Source of the DNA: Spirochaetia bacterium
Lineage (GTDB): Bacteria > Spirochaetota > Spirochaetia > SZUA-6 > Bin103
DNA length: 64,000 nucleotides
Assembly (NCBI GenBank): GCA_965208575.1
Contig: CBDBOV010000006.1
Coordinates: 960,001-1,024,000, forward strand
Reading direction: 5' to 3'
The number at the start of each line of letters is the position of its first letter. Within the stretch, counting starts at the first letter, position 1. The notes under the pieces are model-generated. The model searched no databases and was not told the origin of the DNA. It worked only from the letters and a program-made list of their open reading frames with translations. This document shows, one piece after another, positions 8,328 through 18,185 of the stretch. The position numbers were made by a program, and so were the translations under genes.

Positions 8328-9161
8328 ATGGCAAGAGAGCATCCAGTCCATACAGCGGTCGGAATGGAGCTGGTCAGGAAGCTCGCAGAGTCCGGTCAGC
8401 GCCTGTTCACGGCCGAAGACGCCCGCAAGGTTGCCCCGACTCTCGGCATATCTCCGGGCTACTTCCGGCAGGTGCTTCACCATCTGGCTCGGTCTGGTTG
8501 GGTCGTCCGCTTGAAGAAGGGGCTCTACTCACTTTCCGGGTCGGTTCCGGGCGTGACGCCGGTCCACGAGTTCGAGATCGCGATGGCGCTGGTCAAGCCT
8601 GCGGCTGTCAGCCACTGGTCGGCCCTCAGCCACCACGGCCTCACCGAACAGGCGCCTCGGCGTGTGTTCGCGCTTACCACCTCCGGGTGGGTGCCTCGGC
8701 GCCGCCACGCGAAGGCGCAACGCACCGACGAGGGCTACCCGGTGGGCGAGACCACCTACCAGTTCGTCCAGGTCAATTCCGAACGGTTTTTCGGTATCGA
8801 GGACGTATGGGTACACGAGGCCCGAATCAAGATCACCGACCCCGAGCGGACGCTGCTGGACGGCCTCACACGGCCCCGGTACTGCGGCGACTTCTTCGAG
8901 GTGCTCCATGCCTTCGAGGTCCGGGCCCCCAAGCTCGATGTGGACCGCATCGTCCGCTACGCACTCGAGCTGGACGGCGCGACGGCCAAGCGCCTCGGCT
9001 GGATCTTGGAACAGCAAGGGGTCGGGAGCGATCAGCTTGTACCGCTCCGCCAGGTGGCGACTAAGGGATACCGCGTGCTCGACCCGACCGGCCCGCGCCA
9101 GGGCCCCTGCGACGCCGCCTGGATGATCCAGGTTAATCTACCGGGAAAAGTGCCGTCATGA
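8328..9161 (+). CDS. abiEi: Type IV TA antitoxin AbiEi family
   Basis: N-terminal wHTH (RLKKGLY), SHWSALSHHGLTEQ, ITDPERTLLD, KRLGWILE; coupled to a nucleotidyltransferase gene. Confidence 0.85.
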   Translation: MAREHPVHTAVGMELVRKLAESGQRLFTAEDARKVAPTLGISPGYFRQVLHHLARSGWVVRLKKGLYSLSGSVPGVTPVHEFEIAMALVKPAAVSHWSALSHHGLTEQAPRRVFALTTSGWVPRRRHAKAQRTDEGYPVGETTYQFVQVNSERFFGIEDVWVHEARIKITDPERTLLDGLTRPRYCGDFFEVLHAFEVRAPKLDVDRIVRYALELDGATAKRLGWILEQQGVGSDQLVPLRQVATKGYRVLDPTGPRQGPCDAAWMIQVNLPGKVPS

Positions 9162-10030
9162 AGCCGCTGCGGGTTCGACTGCAGGAAGCCCGCAAACGGC
9201 TGGGGATTCCCTGGGAGGTGCTCGAACGGGACTACCTCCTCTCGTGGCTTCTGGCCGGCATCGAGGAAGTGGACGTGCTCCGCGACACCATCGCGTTCAA
9301 GGGCGGGACCGCGCTCAAGAAGTGCTACTTTGGCGACTACCGTTTTTCCGTAGACCTGGATTTCAGTGCCGTCGGCTCGGCTCCGACTGGCGCAGCGATG
9401 GAGTCTTCAATCCGCGACGCGTGCGCTGCGGCCACAGAACTCCTCGCTGCCTACACACCCGTCGAAATCGTGTGCGAGCGACACGTCGAGCGGGACCCGC
9501 ACCCTTCCGGCCAGGAGGCGTTCGACATCTGGGCACGATTCTCGTGGCATCGATCCACGCAGACCAAAGTCATGATCGAGACCACGATGGACGAATTGGT
9601 GCTGAAACCCGCGGTCCGGCGATCGATGCACCACGACTACGGCGAGCCACTCGACGTCCAGATCCTGGTCTATTCGCTGGAGGAGATCGTGGCCGAGAAG
9701 CTGCGTGCCATCCTCCAGCACCTGCGTTCGCTGGAGCGGCGGGGCTGGGTGCGTTCGCGAGCCCGGGACTACTACGACCTGTGGCGGATCTTGAGCACGC
9801 ACGGCGACCATCTGGATGTTTCGGGCTTCGATTCCTTCCTTCGAGAGAAATGCAGCCTCAGGAACGTCATGTTCTCCGGCGCCGAAAGCTTCTTCCCGCA
9901 GGCGATGCTCGCGATGGTGGAGAAGAGCTGGAAGCGGTGGCTTGGACCGCTGGTTCCGAACCTCCCGCAGTACAACACCGTTATCGGGGAACTCCGACCG
10001 ATGGTCGCCTCGGTGCTCAGCCCGAAGTAG
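9158..10030 (+). CDS. abiEii: Type IV TA toxin AbiEii nucleotidyltransferase
   Basis: ERDY, FKGGTALKKCY, RFSVDLDF, EEIVAEKLRA, RARDYYDLW; ATGA overlap. Confidence 0.9.
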   Translation: MKPLRVRLQEARKRLGIPWEVLERDYLLSWLLAGIEEVDVLRDTIAFKGGTALKKCYFGDYRFSVDLDFSAVGSAPTGAAMESSIRDACAAATELLAAYTPVEIVCERHVERDPHPSGQEAFDIWARFSWHRSTQTKVMIETTMDELVLKPAVRRSMHHDYGEPLDVQILVYSLEEIVAEKLRAILQHLRSLERRGWVRSRARDYYDLWRILSTHGDHLDVSGFDSFLREKCSLRNVMFSGAESFFPQAMLAMVEKSWKRWLGPLVPNLPQYNTVIGELRPMVASVLSPK

Positions 10031-10247
10031 CGGCGACGAACCACAATTATCCCTTTCCTCGCCGAATCGGCAGGCTCACGGGTGAGCCGATGGCGCGTTC
10101 CGTTTCGGTAAAGTTCTCAGCGAACAAGCCATTTCCGCCGGGCCTAGTCTAGGCGCGGTGATGAGTGTGCTGCGAGCTTCTCTGCGCACCTCCGCCGAGT
10201 TGCCCTCCGACTACGACGCTACCGTTCGCCAGGAGGGCGACCAGTCC

Positions 10248-10505
10248 GTGATATCGAGCGACACTCGGGAAGAGCGAGTGTCGGCGACAGAGGCGAGCCG
10301 CTCCTTTTCCAGGATCCTCGACCGCGTCGAGTCATCCCGTGGCCGGTTCCTGGTCCACCGCCGGGGGCGTGAGGTCTGCGTCATCGCACCGCCCACTTGC
10401 ACAGATGGCGTCATACATCGCTTCGGACGCGAGGTCGGTGCCGTTTACTGCCAAGCCAGTGATCTCACGCTTCATTCCGTCATCCGACGTGGCGTGCCGG
10501 GGTGA
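10248..10505 (+). pseudogene. Phd/YefM-like antitoxin remnant, no toxin
   Basis: VSATEASRSFSRILDRVE...FLVHRRGREVCVIAP matches the Phd N-terminal pattern; tail unrelated. Confidence 0.55.
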
Positions 10506-10568
10506 GTGGCTACACCCGGTCAGCGATCTCCTGGCCGAACTCGATCTCTGCGCCCAGGCAGCGTTCGG

Positions 10569-11543
10569 TCAGCTACGCGAAGAGCGCGTCCGCACCGCTT
10601 TCTGCAGCGCCTTGCCGCCGTGGGCGCCCATGCGGCCCCCGCCACCCCGCAGGCGCGGGTCGAGCAGGTCGCGCAGCGCGTCGCCCAACATGTTGAAGCT
10701 GTACACCACGATGGTCAGGAAGATGCCGGGCCACATGGCGAGCCACGGCGCCTGCTGCATGTACTTGCGCCCCTCGCGGCTCAGAAGGCCGCCCCAGCTC
10801 GGCACGCTCAGCGGCAGCCCGAAGCCCAGAAAGCTCAAGCTGGCCTCGGTGATGATGACCGCGCCGATGGTGATGCTGAAGATGATGACGATGGGCGCCA
10901 GCACGTTGGGCAGCACGTGGCGCAGCACCGTGCGCCAGGGCGGGCTGCCGACCGCCTGCGCGGCCTGGAAGTAGGCGTTCTCCTTTACGCCGATCACCGC
11001 ACCCCGGACCACGCGCGAGCTGCCGACGCCGTAGGTCAGGCCCAGCACGATGACGATCTGCGGTGCGCCGGTACCCAGAATCGACATGATGGTCATGAGC
11101 AGGAGCAGTCCCGGAAAGGCCATCCAGGCATCGACGAATCTCTGCGTCACCATGTCGAGTCGGCCGCCGATGAACCCCGACAGGCCGCCAACGACGGTGG
11201 CCACCAGCACCGCCACCGTGGTGGCCGCGAAGCCGACCAGCAGCGACAGGCGCGCGCCGTAGATGTTGCGGCTCAGGAAGTCGCGCCCGATATGATCGGT
11301 TCCCAGCAGATGCTCGGCGGAGGAGCCCTGCAGCCTCCGGGTCACGTCCTGGCGCAGGTCGGGGTCGGGCGCCACCACGTCGGCGAAGATGCTCACCAGC
11401 AGGAACAGCACGATGATCGCCGCGCCGAGTAGGCCCAACGGCTTCTCCCGGACCAGCCGGTAAAAAAAGTCTGCAAGAGGACCGCGCCGGCGTCGCGCTT
11501 CGGCGCCGACCGGATCAGCGATAGGATCGGAGATCCCACTCAC
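10569..11543 (-). CDS. dppC: ABC permease DppC family, cassette 2
   Basis: LLGTDHIGRD, RHVLPN, EASLSFLG, GDALRDLLDPR. Confidence 0.92.
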   Translation of the reverse strand: MSGISDPIADPVGAEARRRRGPLADFFYRLVREKPLGLLGAAIIVLFLLVSIFADVVAPDPDLRQDVTRRLQGSSAEHLLGTDHIGRDFLSRNIYGARLSLLVGFAATTVAVLVATVVGGLSGFIGGRLDMVTQRFVDAWMAFPGLLLLMTIMSILGTGAPQIVIVLGLTYGVGSSRVVRGAVIGVKENAYFQAAQAVGSPPWRTVLRHVLPNVLAPIVIIFSITIGAVIITEASLSFLGFGLPLSVPSWGGLLSREGRKYMQQAPWLAMWPGIFLTIVVYSFNMLGDALRDLLDPRLRGGGGRMGAHGGKALQKAVRTRSSRS

Positions 11544-12499
11544 TGGTAGCGAATCCTCGGGTCGAGGTAACCGTACAGCAGGTCGATCAGCAGGTTGTTG
11601 AACAGGATGAAGGTCGCAAAGAACAGGTTGATGCCCGATACCATCGGATAGTCACGGATCGACAGCGACTGGACGAACAGCGACCCTAGGCCGGGCAGGT
11701 TGAACAGCGTCTCGATGATGACCGAGCCACCCACCAGGATCGGCAGCTGCAGCCCGATGAGCGTCACCACCGGGATGAGCGCGTTCTTCATCGTGTGACG
11801 GACGACCACCAGCCGCTCTCGCAGGCCCTTGGCCCACGCCGTGCGCACGTAGTCCTGCCGCAGCACCTCCAGCATCATGGTGCGCGTCATCCGCATGGTG
11901 GCGGCAGACAGGTAGGTGCCCAGGATCAGGCCGGGGATGAGGAACGCGCCGATATGGGCCAGCGGATCCTCGCTGAAAGGATACAGTCGCAGCGGCGGCG
12001 CCCAGCCCCACCAGATGGCGGGAAAGATGAGGACCATGAGGGCCAGCCAGAAGTTGGGCGTGGCCAGCCCGAAGATGGCGACGCTGCGGCCCGCGTAATC
12101 GCCTACGCTGTCCTGGCGCACCGCCGAGTAGATGCCCACCGGCAGCGCGATCACCAGGCCGATGAGCAGCGCCACCGCCCCCAACTCCAGGGTGACGGGC
12201 ACTCTGGCGAGGATCTTCGCCTCCACGGGCGCCAGGTCCCGTTGCAGGGACTGACCGAGCGTACCGCGCAACAGGATCCCCGACACCCAGCGCACGTACG
12301 CGATGTGGGTTGGGACGTCCAGTCCCAGCATCTCGCTCAGCCGCTCCCGGTCGACCTCGGTCCCGACGAACTGAGAGTCGCTCAGCAGGATGTCGATGTA
12401 GTCGCCGGGGAGCAGGCGCACCGAGAAGAATACCAGCGCGCTCAGGATGAACAGCGTCGGGATGAACAGCAGCAGCCGCCGGATGACGTACGTGCGCAC
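11540..12499 (-). CDS. dppB: ABC permease DppB family, cassette 2
   Basis: VRTYVIRRLL, QDYVRTAWAKG, RDYPM, DPRIRY; GTG start inferred. Confidence 0.92.
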   Translation of the reverse strand: MRTYVIRRLLLFIPTLFILSALVFFSVRLLPGDYIDILLSDSQFVGTEVDRERLSEMLGLDVPTHIAYVRWVSGILLRGTLGQSLQRDLAPVEAKILARVPVTLELGAVALLIGLVIALPVGIYSAVRQDSVGDYAGRSVAIFGLATPNFWLALMVLIFPAIWWGWAPPLRLYPFSEDPLAHIGAFLIPGLILGTYLSAATMRMTRTMMLEVLRQDYVRTAWAKGLRERLVVVRHTMKNALIPVVTLIGLQLPILVGGSVIIETLFNLPGLGSLFVQSLSIRDYPMVSGINLFFATFILFNNLLIDLLYGYLDPRIRYQ

Positions 12500-12558
12500 A
12501 GAAGTGGAGGGTCTGGGGCCGCGCAGGCGTGCCCCAGACCACAAGAACCAAAACGAGC

Positions 12559-14349
12559 TTAGTTCAACTCGGCCTTGAGCTGACTATCGATCCACATGCG
12601 CGCGTAGGGCCCATTCCAGGCGCAGTTGCCGATCGCCATCTCGCCGTTGTAGCCGACGATCCATGGCTGCGCAATGTTGAACGCTGGAACCCGCGGACCA
12701 TAGATGTAGGGGTGCTGCTCGATGACGTACATGTCGAGCGCCTTCGCCAGCCGTCGGTGCTCCTCCGCGTCACCAGCGGCAGCATCCAACTCGTCATATT
12801 TGGCCTCGAACACCGGGTCGCTAAAGGTGCCGGCCCTGTAGCTTGAGTCGTCGCGAAACTGGCCGAGAGTAGAGGCCATCTGCCCGTAGTCAGCGCCGAC
12901 GGCCCAGAAGTCTTTCAGTCCGTCGAAATCCAACGCCGCGCGCCGTCCCTCGTACGTGGCGCTGTCCACCGCCTCGATCTCGGCCTCCACGCCGATCTCC
13001 TTCCAGTAGCCGGCTACCAGCTCCATGTAGCCCACGTCGCTCCGGTCGACTCTGGTCAGGATCGAGGTCTGAAAGCGGACGCCGTCCGCGCCGCGTGGGT
13101 ATCCGGCCTCATCGAGCAGTCGCTCGGCACCCGCCGGGTCGTAGGACCAGAACTTCTTGAGTTCCTCGGGCCAGGTATCGAAGGGGTTGTTGTAACCGAT
13201 CACCGCAGGCCCGATCGACCCCGTCGGCTGCCAATCGCCGAAGCCATAGTAATAGTTGTCTGTGACGGTCTTCAGGTCGAGCGCCATCTGCAGCGCGTGG
13301 CGCACCCTGATGTCGTCAAGGGGAGGCTTATCCATTCTCATCCCCAACGACGTCTCCGATCGGCGCGCGATCGGGAAGAGCTGCATGCCCGGGACATCTT
13401 CCTGGAGCTGCACCGCGTTGGCGATCGACTTGATCAGCACGTTACCGGTCGCCCCGGCGATATCGATCTGGCCCGACCGCAGTGCCGCAAGAATGGTCGC
13501 CTCGTCGCTCATGAACAGCATCACGAGCTTGTCGGCGTAGGGCAGGCGGTTCCCCGGGTACTTCTCGTCGTCCTTCCAGTAGTTGGGGTTCCTGTCCCAC
13601 GTGATCGAACTGCCGCTGACGTACTCGTTCACCATGAAGGGCCCGGTGCCGATCAGGTTGTTGACGTTGCCGAGCATGTCGAAGGTCTCGGGCGGATATG
13701 CCCGGACGTGGCAGTCGTCGAACAGTTGCCGATGGGTGTCCGCGTTCGGCCGCGACAGCTTGATCACCAATGTCAGCTTGTCGGTGGCCGTTACCGACTC
13801 GAAGGGCAGGGCTTTTGTTCCCCAGGTATGCACCGCGGGCTCCTGGCCGGCAAACCTGCCGATGCCGAACAGGCGCTCGTAGTTGGCGGCCATATCGTCA
13901 GCGGTAAACTGGCGACCGTTCACCGGCGGCTTGTCGTGAAAGAACACATTGTCGCGCATCTTGTAGATGTAGGTCAACGGATCCGGGTTCTCCCAGCTCT
14001 CTGCCAGGTGGTCGCTGACGACGCTCTCGGGATAGTAGGTCACCATTTTGTTGACGCTGCGGTCGACTGCCCAGTCGGCTTGGCCCAACTTGTCCAGAGC
14101 CGCTCCCGCGTACACTCCGCCGGCGTGGCTGATCCAGGTGTCGGCGTGGTCAAACCCCAAGGGTCGCTGCGCAACGGTAATGGTCCCGCCGTACGCCGGC
14201 TTGAGCACCTGCTTGCCGGTGGACGGATCGGTCACGTACTCCTTCTCGACGGCCATCGCCGCCTCGTCTTCGCCAGCGGGGCTGGCGAACGTAACGGTAG
14301 CCACCAGCGCGACCGCCAGTGTCATGAACCAAAGGAATCGAAGAGCCAT
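12559..14349 (-). CDS. ABC family-5 solute-binding protein, cassette 2
   Basis: Signal peptide MALRFLWF..FASPAGEDE, PAYGGT, LAESWE, GTGPF, YDPAGAERLLDEAG; GGGGGAG RBS. Confidence 0.92.
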   Translation of the reverse strand: MALRFLWFMTLAVALVATVTFASPAGEDEAAMAVEKEYVTDPSTGKQVLKPAYGGTITVAQRPLGFDHADTWISHAGGVYAGAALDKLGQADWAVDRSVNKMVTYYPESVVSDHLAESWENPDPLTYIYKMRDNVFFHDKPPVNGRQFTADDMAANYERLFGIGRFAGQEPAVHTWGTKALPFESVTATDKLTLVIKLSRPNADTHRQLFDDCHVRAYPPETFDMLGNVNNLIGTGPFMVNEYVSGSSITWDRNPNYWKDDEKYPGNRLPYADKLVMLFMSDEATILAALRSGQIDIAGATGNVLIKSIANAVQLQEDVPGMQLFPIARRSETSLGMRMDKPPLDDIRVRHALQMALDLKTVTDNYYYGFGDWQPTGSIGPAVIGYNNPFDTWPEELKKFWSYDPAGAERLLDEAGYPRGADGVRFQTSILTRVDRSDVGYMELVAGYWKEIGVEAEIEAVDSATYEGRRAALDFDGLKDFWAVGADYGQMASTLGQFRDDSSYRAGTFSDPVFEAKYDELDAAAGDAEEHRRLAKALDMYVIEQHPYIYGPRVPAFNIAQPWIVGYNGEMAIGNCAWNGPYARMWIDSQLKAELN

Positions 14350-14719
14350 AGTGCTCCCCCTTGTTTCGGGACCTCGGGTCTGCGACCCGTTGCCCGGGTT
14401 TTTGGTTTTCGCCGGTAACACCGGCTTTCTTGCGGGGTGGTGGTGGTGGCGCGCCGGCGGCCGCACGGGCGTGAGGGGCGCTGGGTGTGGATGTCTACGG
14501 GAGTGGCCGCGCTGTCGGCGCAGGCAACGGCGGAAGAATCGCGGGCGCGGCCAGGTGCGCCGTTCGGGCTTTCTAGGCTGCTCTGTAAATCTCGGGGGAG
14601 GGGGGGTAGGCGAGGATAGAACGAACCGGCTGCGTTGCCGCTAGGAGCTTGTCGGCTTCGCCGACGAGGTCCGAGCGTACGGGTGGGATGGGCCCCCCGC
14701 TTCGCGTCCCTGCGCGCCG

Positions 14720-14792
14720 ACGCCTCGGGCGTCGGTCTTTCGGGCGCTAACCGGTGGCAGTGCTGAGTAGTGTTACCACGTGTCCGTAGCAT
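14720..14792 (-). other. Divergent copy of the leader-peptide block MLRTRGNTTQHCHRLAPERPTP (frame stays open to 14322)
   Basis: Keeps R-x4-Q-x3-RLA-xx-RP spacing; downstream of TTGACG (~14845, -). Confidence 0.4.
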
Positions 14793-15029
14793 GCGTTCAG
14801 ACCCGTTACGCCTACCATGGCACACCTGTGGCAACCACGTCAATAGGTCCGGCCAACGACACGTCCGCATTCGTCCGCCTGACGCGCCACTGTGGAGCGA
14901 CCCGACTCTGTGGTACACTGGAGCGCGCTCAACGGAGGGAAACGAGTTCCATGACCGAACGGTCCCGGACTACTGTCGAACTTGGAACGCTGGTTTCTCA
15001 TTAAACCTGAGTATAGAAAGGAATTGTCC

Positions 15030-16109
15030 ATGAAGGTGAAAGCCGCTGTCTTGTACGAAGAGAACCAGCCAATTGTGGTTGAAGAGGTTGATGTGGACGG
15101 TCCCAAAGCGGGCGAAGTCCTGGTCAAGATCGCCGCGACGGGTGTCTGCCATAGCTGCTATGCCGTCATTACGGGTAAGGAAAAGTGGCCGCTTCCCGCC
15201 GTGTTGGGCGATGAAGGAGCCGGTGTTGTCGAGGCGGTCGGGTCGGGTGTCAGCCTGGTCAAACCAGGTGATCCGGTGGTGCTTTCGATCTCGCCTGCCT
15301 GCGGTCACTGTATCTATTGTGTGCGTGGCTATGCCAGCCTTTGCCGCAAGGCAGCCCAGATGAAACAGCGCCCCCCGCGCTATAGCAAAAATGGCAAGGG
15401 CATCTACCAATTCACCGTCGCTTCCTTTGCCGAATATACGGTGGTCCCGCAAGAAGCCGCGGTCCCGATTGACCGGGATTTCCCGCTCGAAAAGGCAGCC
15501 CTGTGTGGTTGTAGCGTCATCACCGGCGTGGGTAGCGTGGCCAACACAGCGGAGGTGAAGCTAGGGAGCAGCGTCGTCGTTATTGGGGCCGGCGGCATCG
15601 GGTTGAATGCAATTCAAGGGGCCGCTCTGGCCGGGGCTGCCCAGATCATCGCGGTTGATTTGGTGGAGGAGAAGCTCGGACTGGCCCGCCAGTTTGGGGC
15701 CACCCATACCATCAACGCCAGCAACGGTGACCCGATACCCGAAATCCACAACTTGACCGAGGGTCTTGGCGCCGATTATGCGATTGAAGCGATTGGCACG
15801 AATGTGACGTATGAACAGGCGATACGAGCCATCCGACCGCGCGGCAAAGCGATCTTGATTGGTTTACCGCAGTCCGAACCGATTTGTCTGGAGCCTCGCC
15901 TACTCATGGGGGGTGAACGGATCATCATGGGCAGTGCCCTCGGCACGACGCGGATGCGCTATGACGTACCTCGGCTCCTCTCGCTCTATCGAGCCGGGAA
16001 ACTCAAGCTGGATGAACTTATCACCCGGACCTATCCGTTGGAAGCGGTGAATGAGGCGTTTGAAGACATGCTCAACGGCAAGGTTGCCCGTGGGGTAATC
16101 CGATTCTGA
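15030..16109 (+). CDS. Zn-dependent alcohol dehydrogenase (MDR, class III-like)
   Basis: GVCHS, GDEGAG, CGHCIYC..C structural Zn site, GAGGIG; AAGGA RBS. Confidence 0.88.
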   Translation: MKVKAAVLYEENQPIVVEEVDVDGPKAGEVLVKIAATGVCHSCYAVITGKEKWPLPAVLGDEGAGVVEAVGSGVSLVKPGDPVVLSISPACGHCIYCVRGYASLCRKAAQMKQRPPRYSKNGKGIYQFTVASFAEYTVVPQEAAVPIDRDFPLEKAALCGCSVITGVGSVANTAEVKLGSSVVVIGAGGIGLNAIQGAALAGAAQIIAVDLVEEKLGLARQFGATHTINASNGDPIPEIHNLTEGLGADYAIEAIGTNVTYEQAIRAIRPRGKAILIGLPQSEPICLEPRLLMGGERIIMGSALGTTRMRYDVPRLLSLYRAGKLKLDELITRTYPLEAVNEAFEDMLNGKVARGVIRF

Positions 16110-16127
16110 CCAGATATGGTTAAAGAC

Positions 16128-16147
16128 CAGCCTCAGTCTGAGGCTGA
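16128..16147. terminator. Inverted repeat between convergent genes
   Basis: CAGCCTCAG-T-CTGAGGCTG. Confidence 0.4.
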
Positions 16148-16194
16148 ATAGTTATGAAAAACTCTCATCCACAGACGAAAGGTTCCGCATGAAA

Positions 16195-17187
16195 TCACAG
16201 CGCATCGCCGACCGTCTCTGCATGCAGCTTTTCGAGGGTCTGATGAATATCGGGCGGTAGCGGACCTACCTGCGCAGCTACGACGCTCTCCTCGAGCTCC
16301 TCGGGCGTGGATGCACCCACAAGGATAGTCGACAGTTCCCGATTGGCGATCAAGAAACGAACCGTCAATGCGGCGATCGAAATATCGGTCGTCTCGGCCA
16401 ATTCGGCGAGGCGCTCATCTGAGAATACCGCTCCAACCGGAGCCAGAGGGCCTATACGGGCGAGCTGAAACGGCGAGGCCTCAGTTGACACGCCCAAACC
16501 AAACTTGGAGAAAATCCCTCCCACGACATAGGCAATTCCCTGCTCACGAACCACCGGCAGCATCGTCCGCGGGGACTGGCGGGCCAGCAGCGAATACTCG
16601 TGGGCCGACAGGCACATGTCAAACTCTACCCGCTGTAAGACATGAGCCAGCGCCGCAGACCGGTTTGAACTGAGACCAATGTAGCCGCACAGCCCTTGCG
16701 CCTTTGCTTCACGCAGCGCCTGAATGATGGCTGCGTTCGCGTAGTCGTGCTCCCTGTCGAGATCCAGAAGCTCGCCGTCCCGCGAGCCTGGTATCCAGGC
16801 TTTTGCCTTCTCGATGCTGTGCACCAGGAGAACGTCGACTTTATCGCGACGCAGGGCACGTAGGTTGTCTTGTATTTGAGCGCGGCAGTCCTCTACGGTG
16901 CTATAGTTGGACAGCTTTGTTGCGAGGAGATGCGGTTTCGTGGTCCCGTCAAGCCCCTCACCCATGATCAACTGCGACATACCCCGGTCTAGCCAACGGC
17001 CATCCACGCCGGCTCTACCGTAAGCGGGCGCTGTGTCGAAGTAGCTGACACCCAAATCGAGCGCATGTTTGACGGTTGCTATCCCTTGTTCATAGGAGTG
17101 CTTATACAAAGCGGCGCCGCCGAGGCCGATAACGCTGACTTTCTCACCAGTGCGGCCGAAGGAGCGCTGCTCCAGTGCGCTTGACAC
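16195..17187 (-). CDS. Aldo/keto reductase
   Basis: FGRTGEKVSVIGLG, FDTAPAYG, LATK, DVLLVH; GTG with GGAGG RBS. Confidence 0.88.
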   Translation of the reverse strand: MSSALEQRSFGRTGEKVSVIGLGGAALYKHSYEQGIATVKHALDLGVSYFDTAPAYGRAGVDGRWLDRGMSQLIMGEGLDGTTKPHLLATKLSNYSTVEDCRAQIQDNLRALRRDKVDVLLVHSIEKAKAWIPGSRDGELLDLDREHDYANAAIIQALREAKAQGLCGYIGLSSNRSAALAHVLQRVEFDMCLSAHEYSLLARQSPRTMLPVVREQGIAYVVGGIFSKFGLGVSTEASPFQLARIGPLAPVGAVFSDERLAELAETTDISIAALTVRFLIANRELSTILVGASTPEELEESVVAAQVGPLPPDIHQTLEKLHAETVGDAL

Positions 17188-17246
17188 GCGTGACCTCCCT
17201 ATCGATTCGATTCGTCCCCGGGTGTGCAGAGCGCATGCGCGCTCTC

Positions 17247-18170
17247 TCAAACCGACGGGGCGCCGCTGCCTGCCGCACGACCGCCGGCGCCCCGCAGCCG
17301 CGGATCGAGCAGGTCCCTGAGGGCGTCACCCAACATGTTGAAGCTGTACACCACAATCGTCAGGCACAGCCCTGGCCAGAGGGCCAGCCAGGGGGCTTGC
17401 TCCATGTACCTGCGCCCTTCCCGGCTGAGCATGCCGCCCCAGTCGGGAATGCTCGGTGGCAGACCGTAGCCGAGGAAGCCCAGAGCGGCCAAAGACATGA
17501 TCACCCCGCCGATGTTGATCGAGAAGACAATGATGACCGGCGCCATGATGTTGGGCAGGACATGGCGAGTCAGGATTTGACCCGTGGGCGTGCCCACGGC
17601 CCGGGCGGCCTGAAAATAGTCATTCTCCTTGATACCGATCACGGCGCTTCTCATGACTCTCGAGCCGCTGATGCCGCCAAGAATCCCCAGGACCACGATG
17701 ATCTGGGGGAGACCCCTTCCCACAATGGACATGACGGTGAGCAAGAGCAGCAATCCCGGAAACGCCATCCAGGCATCGACAAAGCGCTGCATCGCCAGGT
17801 CCAATCTACCCCCAAGGAATCCTGAAATGCCGCCGACCAGGACAGCGACGACGACATTCACCGCAGTCGCGGCCAGACCGACAAGTACGGACACGCGAGC
17901 CCCGATGATCAGGCGGCTGAGCAGGTCTCGCCCGGCTTGGTCGGTACCCAGAAGATACTGGAATGATGGGCCGGTAAGCCTGTCTATCAGGTGCGTTTCC
18001 TTATAGGAATAAGGCGCCAGCACATCGGCAAAGATCGCCACGAACAGCAATATCACTATGATGATACCGCTGGCCACACCGAGTGGCTTCTCCGTCCACA
18101 GCCTGATAAAGAAAGCAGTAACTGCGTTACGCCTCTTTGGCTCACTTACTAGCGATGGTTCATCACTCAT
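17247..18170 (-). CDS. dppC: ABC permease DppC family, cassette 3
   Basis: LLGTDQAGRD, RHVLPN, GDALRDLLDPR. Confidence 0.92.
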   Translation of the reverse strand: MSDEPSLVSEPKRRNAVTAFFIRLWTEKPLGVASGIIIVILLFVAIFADVLAPYSYKETHLIDRLTGPSFQYLLGTDQAGRDLLSRLIIGARVSVLVGLAATAVNVVVAVLVGGISGFLGGRLDLAMQRFVDAWMAFPGLLLLLTVMSIVGRGLPQIIVVLGILGGISGSRVMRSAVIGIKENDYFQAARAVGTPTGQILTRHVLPNIMAPVIIVFSINIGGVIMSLAALGFLGYGLPPSIPDWGGMLSREGRRYMEQAPWLALWPGLCLTIVVYSFNMLGDALRDLLDPRLRGAGGRAAGSGAPSV

Positions 18171-18185
18171 ACTCGCCGTTTTCCT

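Noticed and set aside
14435-14452. Trp-rich GWWWWR attenuator peptide
   Set aside because: On the strand opposite the SBP leader, inside a long spurious ORF, and no trp genes nearby
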